Shown one piece after another: positions 43,841-55,420 of a stretch of DNA of 64,000 nucleotides; within the stretch, counting starts at the first letter, position 1; each line of letters opens with the position of its first letter. Source of the DNA: Paracoccaceae bacterium (GTDB taxonomy: Bacteria > Pseudomonadota > Alphaproteobacteria > Rhodobacterales > Rhodobacteraceae); contig JANPJU010000141.1 in assembly GCA_031425675.1 (NCBI GenBank), forward strand, positions 2,648 to 66,647, read 5' to 3'. A model generated the notes under the pieces. That model was not told where the DNA came from, ran no database searches, and saw only the letters and a program-made list of their open reading frames with translations. Made by a program: the position numbers and the translations under genes.

Positions 43841-44197
43841 TTAGAGTCCCCGGCCTTCCTGCAAGATCGGCTCGAACCCGCCCCACACCATGCGCTTGCC
43901 GTCGAACGGCATCTCCATACCCTCCATGTCCGGGTTTTCCATCATCTTGGCGTAGGCTGCGTCGCGCGTCGCCTTGTCGGGCCATGTCATCCAGCACAAC
44001 ACGACCGTTTCATCCGACTGCAAGTCAACGGCGCGATTGAAGTCGGTGTGCTTGCCTTGTGGTACGTCATCGCCCCAGCCGACCACAATCGTTTGCGCGC
44101 CCAGATCGCGGAACGTTGGCCACCATTTGGCTTCATGGGCTCGGTAGATATCCTTGTCGAACGTGCGGACAGGGATAAGGAAACCATCGATATACAT
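43841..44197 (-). CDS. DUF1428 (YbaA-like) protein
   Basis: YIDGFLIPV, GKHTDFNRAV, WPDKATRDAA, MPFDGKRMVWGGF. Confidence 0.9.
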   Translation of the reverse strand: MYIDGFLIPVRTFDKDIYRAHEAKWWPTFRDLGAQTIVVGWGDDVPQGKHTDFNRAVDLQSDETVVLCWMTWPDKATRDAAYAKMMENPDMEGMEMPFDGKRMVWGGFEPILQEGRGL

Positions 44198-44275
44198 CTG
44201 ATCCTCCTGTTCGGTCTAAAGGTGCTGACGCAATAATGCTGTTAATGCAGTGCGCGGGCAAAAGTTCCGTCCGGG

Positions 44276-44707
44276 TCACACCGCCCGGTCGATCTTCGTG
44301 CTCAGGTGGATCAGGCTTTCGGACGCACGTACCCCGGTCATTGCGCCGATCTGGTCCAGCACCTGATCCAGCACCTGTGTATTCGGGCAGGCGACCTGCA
44401 ACAGGAAATCGAACCGGCCCGAGGTGGTGAAGACCCGCTCCACCTCTGCAATCGACCGCAGCCGCGTCAGAACGGCGGCTTGCGCGCGCGGCTCGATCGT
44501 CAGAAGGACGCTTGCGCGCAGCCGCCCCTCGCGCGCGCCTTCGCCCAGTTTCAGCGTGTAGCCGGCGATGATGCCACTGGTTTCCAGACGCTCCAGCCGG
44601 GCCTGGACGGTGGACCGCGCAACCCTCAGCCGCCGCGCCAGTGTGGCCACCGACATGCGTGCGTCGGCCCCCAGAAGCCCGACGATGTTGCGATCCAGCT
44701 CATCCAT
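44276..44707 (-). CDS. Lrp/AsnC-family regulator
   Basis: MDELDRNIVGLLGADARMS, TVQARLERLE, SGRFDFL. Confidence 0.9.
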   Translation of the reverse strand: MDELDRNIVGLLGADARMSVATLARRLRVARSTVQARLERLETSGIIAGYTLKLGEGAREGRLRASVLLTIEPRAQAAVLTRLRSIAEVERVFTTSGRFDFLLQVACPNTQVLDQVLDQIGAMTGVRASESLIHLSTKIDRAV

Positions 44708-44784
44708 TCAATCTGCCATCCTTTTCGTCATTATAACGACGCTTCGCAGCAAATATACAGTTTTGTTCGGTGAGTTTGTACATC

Positions 44785-44922
44785 ATATGCCTCATCCTCC
44801 ACTGCAGGAAAAGGGCGGCTCATACGCACCTGGCCTGGTTCACTTGAAACCACGCTGGTGCCCGATCCTTCAGCTGCTGATGGGAAGGGCGAAGCGTCTT
44901 GTTGGCCGAAAGGATCACGCCG
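44785..44922 (+). ncRNA. Candidate speF leader RNA (structured 5' UTR of ornithine decarboxylase)
   Basis: Long leader with short stems, upstream of an ODC gene; GGAAAAGGG and ACTTGAAACCACGCTGG resemble my recollection of the alphaproteobacterial speF leader; not searched. Confidence 0.5.
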
Positions 44923-46068
44923 ATGGGACTCTCGAAGACAATCTGGACGAACCCGACCGAATACCTGCGACACCAGCTGCCGGAAAACCCGGTGCTGTTC
45001 TTTGCGCCCTCGGCTGCCCAAGCCGCCGCGCGCCGTTTCATTGATGGCTTTCCCGGCATGGTGACCTATGCGGTGAAGTCCAATCCCGGCGAAGCGATGG
45101 TCGAAAACCTGTCAGCGGCGGGCATCCGTGGCTATGATTGCGCCTCACCGTTCGAGATTGACCTGATCCGCCGCCTCGCCCCCGATGCGGCCATCCACTA
45201 CAACAACCCGGTGCGCGCCAAGCATGAGATTGCCCATGCCGTTGCCAAGGGCGTAAAGTCCTACAGCGTTGATTCCAAGTCGGAACTGGCCAAGCTGGCG
45301 GCGATGGTCCCGGTTGAGGGGACCGAAATCTCGGTCCGCTACAAGCTGCCGGTGGCGGGTGCGGCCTACAACTTCGGCGCCAAGTTCGGTGCCACGGTGG
45401 AACTGGCGGTGGACCTGCTGCGTGACGTGGCGGCTGCAGGTTTTATCCCCTCGCTGACCTTCCACCCCGGCACGCAATGCACCGACCCCCACGCCTGGGA
45501 GGCCTATATCCGGGAGGGTGCCAACATCGCGCGTGATGCGGGTGTGACCATCGCCCGGCTTAACGTGGGCGGCGGCTTTCCCAACCACCGCATGTCGGCA
45601 ATCCTGCCGCAGATCGAGGAAACCTTCGCCCTGATCGACCGCGTCACCTCCGAAGCGTTCGGCGACAATCGCCCGCTTCTGGTGTGTGAGCCGGGCCGCG
45701 CCCTGTGCGGTGATGCCTTCGCCCTCGCGGCCCGCGTCAAGGCCGTGCGTGATGATGCCCATGTGTTTCTGAATGACGGTGTTTACGGCACGCTGACCGA
45801 ACTCCCGATGATCGGCGTGATCGACCGGATCGAAGTGCTGGCCCCCGACGGCACCAAGCGCACTGGCGAGGCGCAGCCGCGCACCGTCTTTGGCCCGACC
45901 TGCGATTCGGTTGATCGCTTGCCGGGTGAAATCCCCCTCGCCTCTGATCTGGAGGAGGGTGACTTCGTGATCTGGCAGGGCATGGGGTCCTATTCGACCG
46001 TCACGAACACCCGCTTCAATGGCTTTGGGGAATTGCAGATGGCGACCGTTCTGGGCCTGAAGTTGTAA
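44923..46068 (+). CDS. Ornithine/lysine decarboxylase (fold-type III PLP enzyme)
   Basis: YAVKSNP, DCASPFE, FHPGTQC, LNVGGGFP, CEPGRAL, FGPTCDSVD, GSYS. Confidence 0.92.
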   Translation: MGLSKTIWTNPTEYLRHQLPENPVLFFAPSAAQAAARRFIDGFPGMVTYAVKSNPGEAMVENLSAAGIRGYDCASPFEIDLIRRLAPDAAIHYNNPVRAKHEIAHAVAKGVKSYSVDSKSELAKLAAMVPVEGTEISVRYKLPVAGAAYNFGAKFGATVELAVDLLRDVAAAGFIPSLTFHPGTQCTDPHAWEAYIREGANIARDAGVTIARLNVGGGFPNHRMSAILPQIEETFALIDRVTSEAFGDNRPLLVCEPGRALCGDAFALAARVKAVRDDAHVFLNDGVYGTLTELPMIGVIDRIEVLAPDGTKRTGEAQPRTVFGPTCDSVDRLPGEIPLASDLEEGDFVIWQGMGSYSTVTNTRFNGFGELQMATVLGLKL

Positions 46069-46177
46069 GCCATAAGTACCGCGAAGAAATCAGGGAGCCC
46101 GGCTGGACAATTCTGGCCGGGCGACTGACTTTGAGGCTCAGGTTTTGAGGGTTGGGCATTAGGGCGGGGGTGACGCG

Positions 46178-48457
46178 ATGGAACAGCTGAAGTTCGGGAT
46201 GGCCCAGCCGCTGAAACGGCGCGAGGATGTGCGGTTCCTTACCGGGACGGGCCGCTACGTCGCGGATCTGGTACCGACAGGTGCGCTTTGGGCCGCCTTC
46301 CTGCGGTCCGACCATGCGCATGGCCAGATCGTGGGCCTCGACGCGGCCGACGCGCGGGCGATGCCCGGTGTGCATCTGGTGCTGACGGCGGATGATCTGG
46401 TGGCCGAAGGCGTCACGCTGGGCATGAAGGGCGAACGGATTGACGCGGTTGGTGGGCTTGGCGCAGGTCCGGAACGCCCGGTTCTGGCCCGTGACCGCGT
46501 GCGTTTTGTCGGTGAGGCGATTGCCATGGTCGTGGCCGACAGCCTTGATGCGGCGAAGGATGCGGTTGAAGCTATCGCCTGTGATATCAACATTCTCGCC
46601 CCCGCCCTTCAACTGAAGCCGGAAGACCCGACCATCCACCCGGAGGCACCACTGAACCGGGCCTTTGACTTCGCCTTCGGTAATCAAGCTGGCACCGACG
46701 CCGCCCTAGCCGCTGCCACCCACAGGGTTTCGGTTGAAATCGTGCACAACCGCGTGACCGCCGCCCCGATGGAACCCCGCGCCGCCTTCGCCGAATGGGA
46801 GGGCAACCGGCTGCATCTTTGCGTCAATGGTCAGGGTGTCTGGACCCAGCGCAATGAACTTGCCCGCATGCTGGGCCTGCCTCGGGATCGCGTCCGCGTG
46901 ACCAACCCTGATGTCGGTGGCGGCTTCGGCATGAAGGCGATGACCTATCCCGAATACGTGGTGCTGGCGCAGGCCGCCCGCCTCCTTGGCCGCCCGGTCG
47001 CCTGGGTCTCTACCCGGGCCGAGGCGATGCTGACCGACAACGCCGGGCGCGACCTGGTGGCGCAGGCGACGCTGGGCTTTGATGCTGACCACCGGATCAC
47101 CGCCTACAAGGTGAACCTTGTGACCAACCTTGGCGCCTACAACTCGCAATTCGGGCAGGCGATCCAGACCGAGCTGTTCGTCAAGGTCCTGACCGGGGTC
47201 TACAAGGTGCCCGTCGCGTCGCTGACGGCACTCGGCGTCTATACCAACTCCACCCCCATCGACGCCTATCGTGGTGCCGGCCGGCCCGAGGCGATCCTGA
47301 CCGTGGAACGCGCGATGGACGAAGCGGCGCGACAGCTGGGCGTGGACCCGGTGGCCCTGCGCCTGAAGAACGTGATCCGCGATTTCCCGCACCTGACGCT
47401 TGAGGGGGAAGAGATTGACGGTGGTGACTTCGCGGGCCTTCTGGCCACTGTCGCCCCGCGTGCAGCGGGCTATCCCGAACGTCTGGCCGGTAGCCACGCG
47501 CAAGGCAAGCTGCGCGGCATTGGCGTTGCAGCCTATATCGAGGCGATCCTTGGCGCTTCGGATGAAATCGCCCGGCTGGTGCTGGAGGAAGACGGCGGGG
47601 CTACCCTATATGTCGGCACCCAGTCAAACGGGCAGGGGCATGAAAGCGTCTACTCCCGCATGGTGGCGGAAAGCACTGGCATCGCGCAGGATCTGGTGCG
47701 GATCGTCGAAGGCGACAGTGACCGCATCGCGCGGGGCGGGGGCACGGGTGGGTCCCGCTCGGTTACGGTGCAGGGCACGGCCACACGGGCGACCGTGGGG
47801 GCGATGGTCACCGCGTTTGAAGGGTTTCTTGCGGAGGAATGGGGCGTGGACGGGGTGGATTTCACAGACCACCGCTTTGGCGCACCCGGTACCAACTTGC
47901 GCCTGACCCTGCCCGAAGCGGCCAGCTTGGCGCGCGCGAAAGGCCGGATGGACCTGATCGACCGGAGTGAAAAGATCACCCTTGACGGGCGGTCCTTCCC
48001 CAATGGCGTCCATCTGTGTGAGGTGGAGATTGACCCCGAAACCGGCGGCCTGACGCTTGATCGCTATTCGGTCGTGGACGATTTCGGCGTGCTGGTTGCG
48101 CCAAACCTAGTGGAAGGTCAGGTGCATGGCGGCATCGCACAAGGGTTCGGGCAGGCGGTGACCGAATGGCTGGTGCAGGATGATGCAGGCCAGGTCCTGA
48201 CCGGCAGCTTCATGGATTACGGCATGCCACGCGCCACGGACCTGCCGATGTTCGGCTTTGCCGAACAGGGTGTGCCGACGCGGACGAACCCTTTGGGCAT
48301 GAAGGGCTGCGGTGAGGCAGGGACGGTGGGCGCACTCGGCGCGATCTCAAACGCGGTGCGGGATGCGCTGGCCCCGCTTGGCGTCACGCGGGTGGACATG
48401 CCTTTCACCCCCAATCGGGTCTGGGACTGGATCGAGGAGGCGCGGGCCAACGCCTGA
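46178..48457 (+). CDS. Xanthine dehydrogenase-family molybdopterin-binding large subunit (form II CoxL-like)
   Basis: RREDVRFLTG, DVGGGFGMK, AYRGAGRPEA, GQGHE, GQVHGGIAQG, KGCGEAG. Confidence 0.9.
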   Translation: MEQLKFGMAQPLKRREDVRFLTGTGRYVADLVPTGALWAAFLRSDHAHGQIVGLDAADARAMPGVHLVLTADDLVAEGVTLGMKGERIDAVGGLGAGPERPVLARDRVRFVGEAIAMVVADSLDAAKDAVEAIACDINILAPALQLKPEDPTIHPEAPLNRAFDFAFGNQAGTDAALAAATHRVSVEIVHNRVTAAPMEPRAAFAEWEGNRLHLCVNGQGVWTQRNELARMLGLPRDRVRVTNPDVGGGFGMKAMTYPEYVVLAQAARLLGRPVAWVSTRAEAMLTDNAGRDLVAQATLGFDADHRITAYKVNLVTNLGAYNSQFGQAIQTELFVKVLTGVYKVPVASLTALGVYTNSTPIDAYRGAGRPEAILTVERAMDEAARQLGVDPVALRLKNVIRDFPHLTLEGEEIDGGDFAGLLATVAPRAAGYPERLAGSHAQGKLRGIGVAAYIEAILGASDEIARLVLEEDGGATLYVGTQSNGQGHESVYSRMVAESTGIAQDLVRIVEGDSDRIARGGGTGGSRSVTVQGTATRATVGAMVTAFEGFLAEEWGVDGVDFTDHRFGAPGTNLRLTLPEAASLARAKGRMDLIDRSEKITLDGRSFPNGVHLCEVEIDPETGGLTLDRYSVVDDFGVLVAPNLVEGQVHGGIAQGFGQAVTEWLVQDDAGQVLTGSFMDYGMPRATDLPMFGFAEQGVPTRTNPLGMKGCGEAGTVGALGAISNAVRDALAPLGVTRVDMPFTPNRVWDWIEEARANA

Positions 48458-48491
48458 CACTTTCGGACCTGCGGTTCTGCCCCCTTCTGGC

Positions 48492-48544
48492 TTGCTCTTT
48501 TTCCAAATACTCTCCGGGGGTGCGGGGGTGGAAAACCCCCGCTT
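48492..48544 (+). repeat. Dispersed 53-bp palindromic element
   Basis: 47/53 identical to 63032-63084; ends in the GCGGGGGT/ACCCCCGC hairpin. Confidence 0.85.
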
Positions 48545-48561
48545 TTCTGCCGGGGAAAGCC

Positions 48562-49443
48562 ATGAGACATGTCACCGTCGCTGCCACCCAGTTCGCCTGC
48601 AGCTGGGACCTGCCCGCAAACGCCGACCGGGCCGAAGCGCTGGTCCGTCAGGCCGCTGCACAAGGGGCTCAGATCATTCTGATCCAAGAGCTGTTTGCCG
48701 CCCCCTATTTCTGCATCGAACAGCACCCCCGCTATTTTGATCTTGCGCAACCGCTGGAGGGCCACCCGCTGGTCGCCCGCTTTGCGGCGCTGGCAAAGGA
48801 ATTGGGCGTGCTTCTGCCCATCAGCTTTTTTGAACGGGCCGGCCTGGCTTTTTTCAACTCCATCGCGATCGTGGATGCCGACGGGCGTGTTCTGGGCATT
48901 TACCGCAAAAGCCATATCCCGCAGGGGCCGGGGTATGAGGAGAAGTACTATTTCTCTCCGGGCGATACCGGCTTTCGGGTCTGGGACACGGCTTTCGGGC
49001 GGATCGGGGTTGGCATCTGCTGGGACCAGTGGTTCCCAGAATGTGCCCGCGCCATGGCGCTGATGGGGGCTGAGGTGCTGCTTTATCCCACAGCCATCGG
49101 ATCAGAACCGCCCGCACCCGGCTATGACAGCCAGCCGCATTGGGAAATGGTGATGCGCGGTCATGCGGCGGCAAATATCCTGCCAGTGGTCGCCTCAAAC
49201 CGAATTGGTCTTGAGGTCGCCCCCGACGGGCGCGAGGTGACGTTTTACGGCTCCTCCTTCATCGCGGATCACACCGGGCAGCTGCTCGCCAAAGCGGGGC
49301 GCGAGGGCGAGGCGGTGCTGCACCACCGCTTTGACCTTGACGCAATCGCCGCCCTTCGCGCCAGTTGGGGCCTGTTCCGCGACCGTCGGGTGGATCTTTA
49401 TGCTCAGGTCGTCACGTTGGACGGTCGAACGTCCGTGGGTTGA
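48562..49443 (+). CDS. aguB: N-carbamoylputrescine amidase
   Basis: Nitrilase fold: IQELF, YRKSHIP, YEEKYYFSPGDTGF, ICWDQWFPE, YPTAIGSEP. Confidence 0.88.
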   Translation: MRHVTVAATQFACSWDLPANADRAEALVRQAAAQGAQIILIQELFAAPYFCIEQHPRYFDLAQPLEGHPLVARFAALAKELGVLLPISFFERAGLAFFNSIAIVDADGRVLGIYRKSHIPQGPGYEEKYYFSPGDTGFRVWDTAFGRIGVGICWDQWFPECARAMALMGAEVLLYPTAIGSEPPAPGYDSQPHWEMVMRGHAAANILPVVASNRIGLEVAPDGREVTFYGSSFIADHTGQLLAKAGREGEAVLHHRFDLDAIAALRASWGLFRDRRVDLYAQVVTLDGRTSVG

Positions 49444-49672
49444 TCCGGCAGTGCGCGTTTCAGTTTGAACAGCCGTGGCGTCGCCTCTGCAGGGTGGCCT
49501 CCCATCCCGTCCCCACGAGGACGCGCGGGATATGCTGGAGGTGGTCCCCTCTCAATCACTGGGGCGCTGCACCGACGGCAATGCAGATCGGGGATAGGCG
49601 CTTTCCATCCCCCCTGTGGAGGAAGGAAAAGGTGGGTGGGTGCCGGTCATTGCCGCGCGCGCCACGAATGGA

Positions 49673-49700
49673 AAGGGGCGGCCAAACATGGCCGCCCCTT
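49673..49700 (-). terminator. Intrinsic terminator of gltA
   Basis: Perfect 12-bp stem AAGGGGCGGCCA/TGGCCGCCCCTT, 19 nt after the gltA stop. Confidence 0.75.
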
Positions 49701-49719
49701 GTCGTGCTTTCACAACGCC

Positions 49720-51009
49720 TTAGCGATGGCGCAGGTCCACATAATCGCGTGAGGTCGGGCCGATATACAGCTGACGCGGTCGGCCGATCTTCTGGGTCGG
49801 GTCGGCAATCATCTCTTTCCACTGGCTGATCCAGCCAACAGTCCGCGAAATCGCGAAAATCGGGGTGAACATGGCGGTCGGAAAGCCCATCGCCTCCAGG
49901 ATGATGCCCGAGTAGAAATCGACGTTGGGATACAGCTTCTTCGAGATGAAATATTCATCCTCCAACGCGATCCGCTCCAACTCCTTGGCGACCTGCAAAA
50001 GCGGGTTGTTCTCTACGCCCAGAAGGCCCAGCACCTCATCAGCGCTTTCCTTCATCACCTTGGCGCGGGGGTCAAAGTTCTTGTAGACCCGGTGACCAAA
50101 GCCCATCAGCTTGACGCCCGAGGATTTGTCCTTGGCCTGGCTGATGAATTCCGGGATGCGGTCGACGGTCCCGATCTCACGCAGCTGTTCAAGTGCTGCC
50201 TGGTTCGCGCCGCCATGCGCCGGGCCCCACAGGCAGGCGATCCCCGCCGCGATGCAGGCAAAGGGGTTCGCGCCCGACGATCCTGCCAGACGCACGGTCG
50301 ATGTCGATGCGTTCTGCTCATGATCGGCATGCAGCATCATGATCCGGTCCATCGCCTTTTCCAGGATCGGATTGACGACATAGTCTTCCGCAGGCACCGC
50401 AAAGCACATGTGCAGGAAGTTGCCCGCGTAAGACAGGCTGTTCTTGGGATAGACGAAGGGTTGGCCCACGGAATACTTGTGCGCCATCGCGGCGATGGTC
50501 GGCAGCTTGGCGATCATGCGGATCGCGGCCACTTCGCGCTGCCATGGGTCGTTGATGTCGGTCGAATCGTGGTAAAATGCCGCCATCGCGCCAACGACAC
50601 CCACCATAGTGGCCATCGGATGCGCGTCACGCCGGAAGCCGCGGAAGAAATAGTGCATCTGTTCATGCACCATCGTGTGGTTGGTCACCCGGTGGGTAAA
50701 ATCGGCCAGTTGCGCCGCTGTCGGCAATTCGCCGTACAAAAGCAGATAGCACACTTCAAGATGGGTGGATTTTTCGGCAAGCTGATCAATCGGATAGCCG
50801 CGATACAAAAGCTCACCCTTGTCGCCGTCAATGTAGGTGATGGCGCTTTCGCAGGCGGCGGTCGAGGTAAAGCCGGGGTCATACGTAAAGACATCCGCCT
50901 CGGAATAAAGCTTGCGGATGTCAAGCACATCCGGCCCGACCGTGGGTGAATGGACGGGCAGATCGTAGGTCTTTCCGTTCAAGGTTAGCTTGGCACTTGT
51001 GTCCGACAT
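49720..51009 (-). CDS. gltA: Citrate synthase (type II)
   Basis: [47 protein letters not shown]. Confidence 0.98.
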   Translation of the reverse strand: MSDTSAKLTLNGKTYDLPVHSPTVGPDVLDIRKLYSEADVFTYDPGFTSTAACESAITYIDGDKGELLYRGYPIDQLAEKSTHLEVCYLLLYGELPTAAQLADFTHRVTNHTMVHEQMHYFFRGFRRDAHPMATMVGVVGAMAAFYHDSTDINDPWQREVAAIRMIAKLPTIAAMAHKYSVGQPFVYPKNSLSYAGNFLHMCFAVPAEDYVVNPILEKAMDRIMMLHADHEQNASTSTVRLAGSSGANPFACIAAGIACLWGPAHGGANQAALEQLREIGTVDRIPEFISQAKDKSSGVKLMGFGHRVYKNFDPRAKVMKESADEVLGLLGVENNPLLQVAKELERIALEDEYFISKKLYPNVDFYSGIILEAMGFPTAMFTPIFAISRTVGWISQWKEMIADPTQKIGRPRQLYIGPTSRDYVDLRHR

Positions 51010-51105
51010 CATCTTTTCCCCGGTGTGGCGGGCCGACCCTGGCAGGGGCGGCCAATGGCTATCCTGCACCCCGGCGGGGGCAGCTTCAAGACCGGGGGGC
51101 GCAGG

Positions 51106-52524
51106 TTACGTCGCCGCGTCCGACAGCCTTGCAACGGTTTCATCGCGACCGATGATTAGCATCATGTCGTAAACCGAAGGTGTAACAGTTCGGCCCGCGA
51201 TGGCGGCCCTGAGGGGGGCTGCAAGCTTGCCGAAACCGATGCCGTTTTCAGCGGCGATTTCGGTCAGGATCGGCTCAAGTGACTCCTTCGTCCAGCTAAC
51301 ATTTTGCAGACGCGGCGTCAATGTTAGCAGTATACCACGGGATACCGTGTCCAGCGCCTCACGGGTTTTCTCGTCCTGCAAGATCGGGCGCTGAACGATC
51401 AGGAATGAGGCCTTTTCAAGCAGTTCCGGGAAGGTCTTCGCAGATTTTTTCAAGACGGGCAGGGCCTTCCGCATCAAACCATGCTGGTGGTCAGTCAAGG
51501 CCGGGTTGCCCGCCGCAGCAAGATAATCGGTCAATTCATGCAGCAGTGCAGCATCGTCCGCCATCGCCATATGGTGGCCGCAAGTGTTTTCCAGCTTCTT
51601 GAAGTCAAGCCTGGCGGGCGCGCGCCCGATTCCCGCAAGGTCGAACATCGCCATCGCCTCGGCGCTGGTGAATATTTCGGCGTCGCCATGTGCCCAGCCT
51701 AGCCGCGTCAGATAGTTGCGCATCCCGGCGGCGGGATAGCCCATCGCCTGATACTCCTCGACCCCCGTCGCCCCGTGGCGTTTCGACAGCTTCTTGCCGT
51801 CCGGCCCATGGATCAACGGAATATGCGCCCAGGTTGGCACCTCCCATGCCATCGCGTCATAGACCATCTGCTGGCGCGCGGCGTTGTTCAGGTGGTCATC
51901 GCCCCGGATCACATGGGTCACGCCCATGTCATGGTCATCGACCACCACCGCCAGCATGTAGGTGGGCGTGTTGTCCGACCGCAGCACGATCATGTCATCC
52001 AGCGTGGCGTTCTGGATCGTGACCCGGCCCTGCACCTTGTCGTCGATCACCGTCTCACCCGTGCGCGGGGCCTTCATCCGGATGGAATAGGGCGCGTCGG
52101 GGTGGGTGGCGGGGTCAGCATCGCGCCACGGCGACAGGAACACGGGATAACGGCCCGCAGCCTCTTCCCCAGCCCGAAACGTGGCGATTTCTTCCTGCGT
52201 GGCAAAGCACTTGTAGGCCGTTCCTCGCGCAAGCATCTCATGCGCCACCTCGGCATGTCGATCCTTGCGTTCGAACTGGCTGACCACCTCGCCATCCCAA
52301 TCCAGCCCCAGCCATGTCAGCCCGCGCAGGATGGCGGCAGTAGCTTCGGGGGTGGAGCGTTCCCGGTCGGTATCCTCGATCCGCAGCAGGAACTTGCCGC
52401 CGCGTCCCCGCGCGTAAAGCCAGTTGAACAGCGCGGTCCTGCCCCCGCCGATATGCAGATATCCGGTGGGCGAGGGCGCAAAGCGGGTGACGACCGGGCG
52501 GTCAGAGGGGGAGGCGAAGCTCAT
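51106..52524 (-). CDS. gltX: Glutamate--tRNA ligase
   Basis: [34 protein letters not shown]. Confidence 0.97.
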   Translation of the reverse strand: MSFASPSDRPVVTRFAPSPTGYLHIGGGRTALFNWLYARGRGGKFLLRIEDTDRERSTPEATAAILRGLTWLGLDWDGEVVSQFERKDRHAEVAHEMLARGTAYKCFATQEEIATFRAGEEAAGRYPVFLSPWRDADPATHPDAPYSIRMKAPRTGETVIDDKVQGRVTIQNATLDDMIVLRSDNTPTYMLAVVVDDHDMGVTHVIRGDDHLNNAARQQMVYDAMAWEVPTWAHIPLIHGPDGKKLSKRHGATGVEEYQAMGYPAAGMRNYLTRLGWAHGDAEIFTSAEAMAMFDLAGIGRAPARLDFKKLENTCGHHMAMADDAALLHELTDYLAAAGNPALTDHQHGLMRKALPVLKKSAKTFPELLEKASFLIVQRPILQDEKTREALDTVSRGILLTLTPRLQNVSWTKESLEPILTEIAAENGIGFGKLAAPLRAAIAGRTVTPSVYDMMLIIGRDETVARLSDAAT

Positions 52525-52601
52525 CTCGCGTTAACCTTTCGGAAACCATAGGGGGTCTAGGCTGGCCCCCGGTCTTAGGCAATCATGGGGGCAAGGACAA
52601 G

Positions 52602-54719
52602 GTGGCGGCCGTGCGGGCAGGTATCCGGCTGGTGCTGTTGCCGCTTCAGGCGCTGCTGGCGGCGCGTGGAACGCTGTTTCCCTGGCTTGCGGTTCTGGTG
52701 GGCTGCGGTGTCGCCATATGGTTTGCCGTGCTGCAGGAACCAGCTTTCGGCAGCTATGCGCTTGCCGGGCTGATGATTATCGCCGGGCTGGCCCTTGGTC
52801 TGCGCGGGCCAGAGCTTGCCCGCCCCTTGGCACTTGCCACAGCGGCGCTTGCGGCGGGGTGGCTCGCCGCCGGCATCCGTGCCCACGCGGTGGACGCACC
52901 CATGCTGACCTTTCGCTACTATGGCCCGGTCGAGGGGCGGGTCGTTCATATCGACCGGTCACAATCCGACGCGCTGCGCCTGACGCTTGACCGGGTGACC
53001 CTGCGTGAGGTGGACCCAGACCGCACACCACTTCGCGTGCGCATTTCGCTGCAGGGTGAACAGCCCTGGCTTAGCCCGGCACCGGGGCAGGTGGTCATCT
53101 TGACCGCGTCTCTTGCCGCGCCTGAGGGCCCGGTAGAGCCTGGCGGCTTCGACTTCCGCCGCATGGCGTTCTTCGACCAACTGGGTGCGGTGGGCTACAC
53201 CCGCACGCCGGTTCTTCTGCTGGAAGAGGCGGACGCGGCCGCCCTGCCGATCGACCGTCTGCGCCGCTATCTGACCGCCGGTATGCTGAAGTATATGGAC
53301 GGGCAGGCCGGCGCCTTTGCGGCAGGCGCAATGACCGGCGACCGGTCAGCGATTACTCAGGAAACGGTTCAGGCGCTGCGTGACAGCTCGCTTGCGCACC
53401 TCCTCGCGATTTCCGGTATGAACATGGCGTTTCTTACTGCTTTTGTATTTGCGCTCCTGCGCTATGGGCTGGCGCTGGTGCCCTATGTCGCCCTGCGGAT
53501 CAACACCAAAAAGGTCGCGGCGGTGGTCAGCCTCGGCGTGGCCGCCTTCTATCTGGTGCTGTCGGGAGCCAATGTGGCCACGGAACGCGCTTTCATCATG
53601 ATCGCGGTGTTCCTTGGCGCTGTCCTGCTGGACCGCCGGGCGCTGACCTTGCGGTCCGTCGCGGTGGCGGGGCTCTTTCTGCTGATAACCAAGCCCGAAA
53701 GCCTGATGGAGCCGGGGTTCCAGATGTCCTTCGCCGCCACCATCGCGCTGATCGTGGGTTTTGCTGCCCTTGACGGCAGCATCTATCGACAAAGGCTCCC
53801 GCGCTGGCTGATCCCGGTGTTCACGCTGGTCCTGAGTTCGGTCATTGGCGGTTTTGCGACTGCCCCTTATGCGGCGGCACATTTCAACCGGTTCACCGAT
53901 TACGGTTTGCTGGCAAATGTGTTGACCGTCCCGATCATGGGCGCGGTCATCATGCCCGCAGGCGCGGTAGCGGCCTTGCTGGCACCCCTGGGCCTTGCTG
54001 GTATCCCCTTGTGGTTCATGGAACAAGGCGCGCGGTGGATCCTGTTTGTGGCGCACTGGATCGCGGGGTTGGAGGGGGCGGTGACCGCTATTCCCGAACC
54101 CGGGCCCTGGATCCTGCCGCTTCTGACGCTGGGGTCAATCTGGGTCATCCTTTGGCGCGACCGGGTGCGCTGGCTGGGGGCGATGCCGGTTCTTCTGGCG
54201 TTTGCTCTCTGGACCCAAGCTGAAAGACCGCTGCTTTTGGTATCTGGTGATGGCAAGCTTCTGGGGCTTTCGGTGACACAAGGCCGGGCGCTGTCGGTTG
54301 CAAGGGGCGGAGGCTTTGCCGCTGAAAGCTGGCTGGAAAATGACGGCGATCTGGCGGACCAGACGCTTGCCGCCGAAAGGCCAGGCTTCAACGGCCCCCG
54401 GGGCGAGAAGTGGTTTCAGATCGGCAATGCGGCGGCGGTCGCCTTGTCAGGCAAAGGCGCGCTGGCCAAGCTGATCCGTGCCTGTGACAGCGGTGCGCTT
54501 GTGCTGATCAGCGAGGTGGTCGAAGCGCCACCCAAGCCCTGCAGGTTGATCGACCTTGCCACCTTGCGCGCAACAGGACCGCTGGCCGTCTGGCAAAACG
54601 GCGACGGCCTGCGGATCGTGACCACGAAAGGGGCGAAGCGACTTTGGTCAGGTCCGGCAGGCGCCTACGATCTGCCTGACCTTGATCCTGCCGTACCAAA
54701 GCGAATTGCCGGTCAGTAG
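52602..54719 (+). CDS. comEC: ComEC/Rec2 competence membrane protein
   Basis: [29 protein letters not shown]; DUF4131-type N-terminus. Confidence 0.9.
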   Translation: MAAVRAGIRLVLLPLQALLAARGTLFPWLAVLVGCGVAIWFAVLQEPAFGSYALAGLMIIAGLALGLRGPELARPLALATAALAAGWLAAGIRAHAVDAPMLTFRYYGPVEGRVVHIDRSQSDALRLTLDRVTLREVDPDRTPLRVRISLQGEQPWLSPAPGQVVILTASLAAPEGPVEPGGFDFRRMAFFDQLGAVGYTRTPVLLLEEADAAALPIDRLRRYLTAGMLKYMDGQAGAFAAGAMTGDRSAITQETVQALRDSSLAHLLAISGMNMAFLTAFVFALLRYGLALVPYVALRINTKKVAAVVSLGVAAFYLVLSGANVATERAFIMIAVFLGAVLLDRRALTLRSVAVAGLFLLITKPESLMEPGFQMSFAATIALIVGFAALDGSIYRQRLPRWLIPVFTLVLSSVIGGFATAPYAAAHFNRFTDYGLLANVLTVPIMGAVIMPAGAVAALLAPLGLAGIPLWFMEQGARWILFVAHWIAGLEGAVTAIPEPGPWILPLLTLGSIWVILWRDRVRWLGAMPVLLAFALWTQAERPLLLVSGDGKLLGLSVTQGRALSVARGGGFAAESWLENDGDLADQTLAAERPGFNGPRGEKWFQIGNAAAVALSGKGALAKLIRACDSGALVLISEVVEAPPKPCRLIDLATLRATGPLAVWQNGDGLRIVTTKGAKRLWSGPAGAYDLPDLDPAVPKRIAGQ

Positions 54720-55399
54720 CTGCGGATCAGGCCCACAAGACGGCCCTGCACCTTGACCAGATGGTCGGGGAACACCCGCGTTTCATAGGCCGGATTGGCA
54801 GCCTCAAGCGCGATCATGTTGCCCCGGCGGCGAAAGCGTTTCAGCGTCGCTTCATGATCTTCGACCAGGGCCACGACAATATCGCCGTTCTCCGCCGTGA
54901 TCTGTTCGCGGATCACCACAATGTCGCCATCGTTGATACCGGCCTCAATCATGGAATCTCCTTTGACTTCAAGCGCATAGTGCTGACCCTTGCCCGAAAG
55001 CATTGACCCCGGCACTGCGATATGATGCGAGATTTCCGAAATTGCTTCAATCGGGACACCGGCTGCGATCCGGCCCATGACCGGCAGGTCAACCGCATGT
55101 GCGGTTGAGATCGGCAGCGCGCCACGCGGCGGATCAACCCGGTCACCGGCAATGACGCGGGGGGTAAACCCAGGTTTTTCCATCGCTTCCGGCAGCTTGA
55201 TAATCTCAAGCGCGCGGGCGCGGTGGGCAAGGCGGCGGATGAATCCGCGTTCTTCTAGTGCAGTAATCAGACGGTGGATGCCTGACTTGGACCGCAAATC
55301 CAGCGCATCCTTCATTTCGTCAAAGGATGGCGGCACACCGTCCCGGTCCATCCGCGTCTTGATGAAATCAAGAAGTTCCAACTGTTTGCGTGTCAGCAT
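54713..55399 (-). CDS. lexA: SOS repressor LexA
   Basis: MLTRKQ, PPSFDEM, cleavage site IAAGVP, catalytic GDSM and TLKR. Confidence 0.98.
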   Translation of the reverse strand: MLTRKQLELLDFIKTRMDRDGVPPSFDEMKDALDLRSKSGIHRLITALEERGFIRRLAHRARALEIIKLPEAMEKPGFTPRVIAGDRVDPPRGALPISTAHAVDLPVMGRIAAGVPIEAISEISHHIAVPGSMLSGKGQHYALEVKGDSMIEAGINDGDIVVIREQITAENGDIVVALVEDHEATLKRFRRRGNMIALEAANPAYETRVFPDHLVKVQGRLVGLIRSY

Positions 55400-55420
55400 G
55401 TCCAGCCCCCGCGACAAAGT

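Noticed and set aside
48520-48561. N-terminal extension of aguB in the ORF track
   Set aside because: It arises from reading through the repeat element; the conserved protein starts at 48562.
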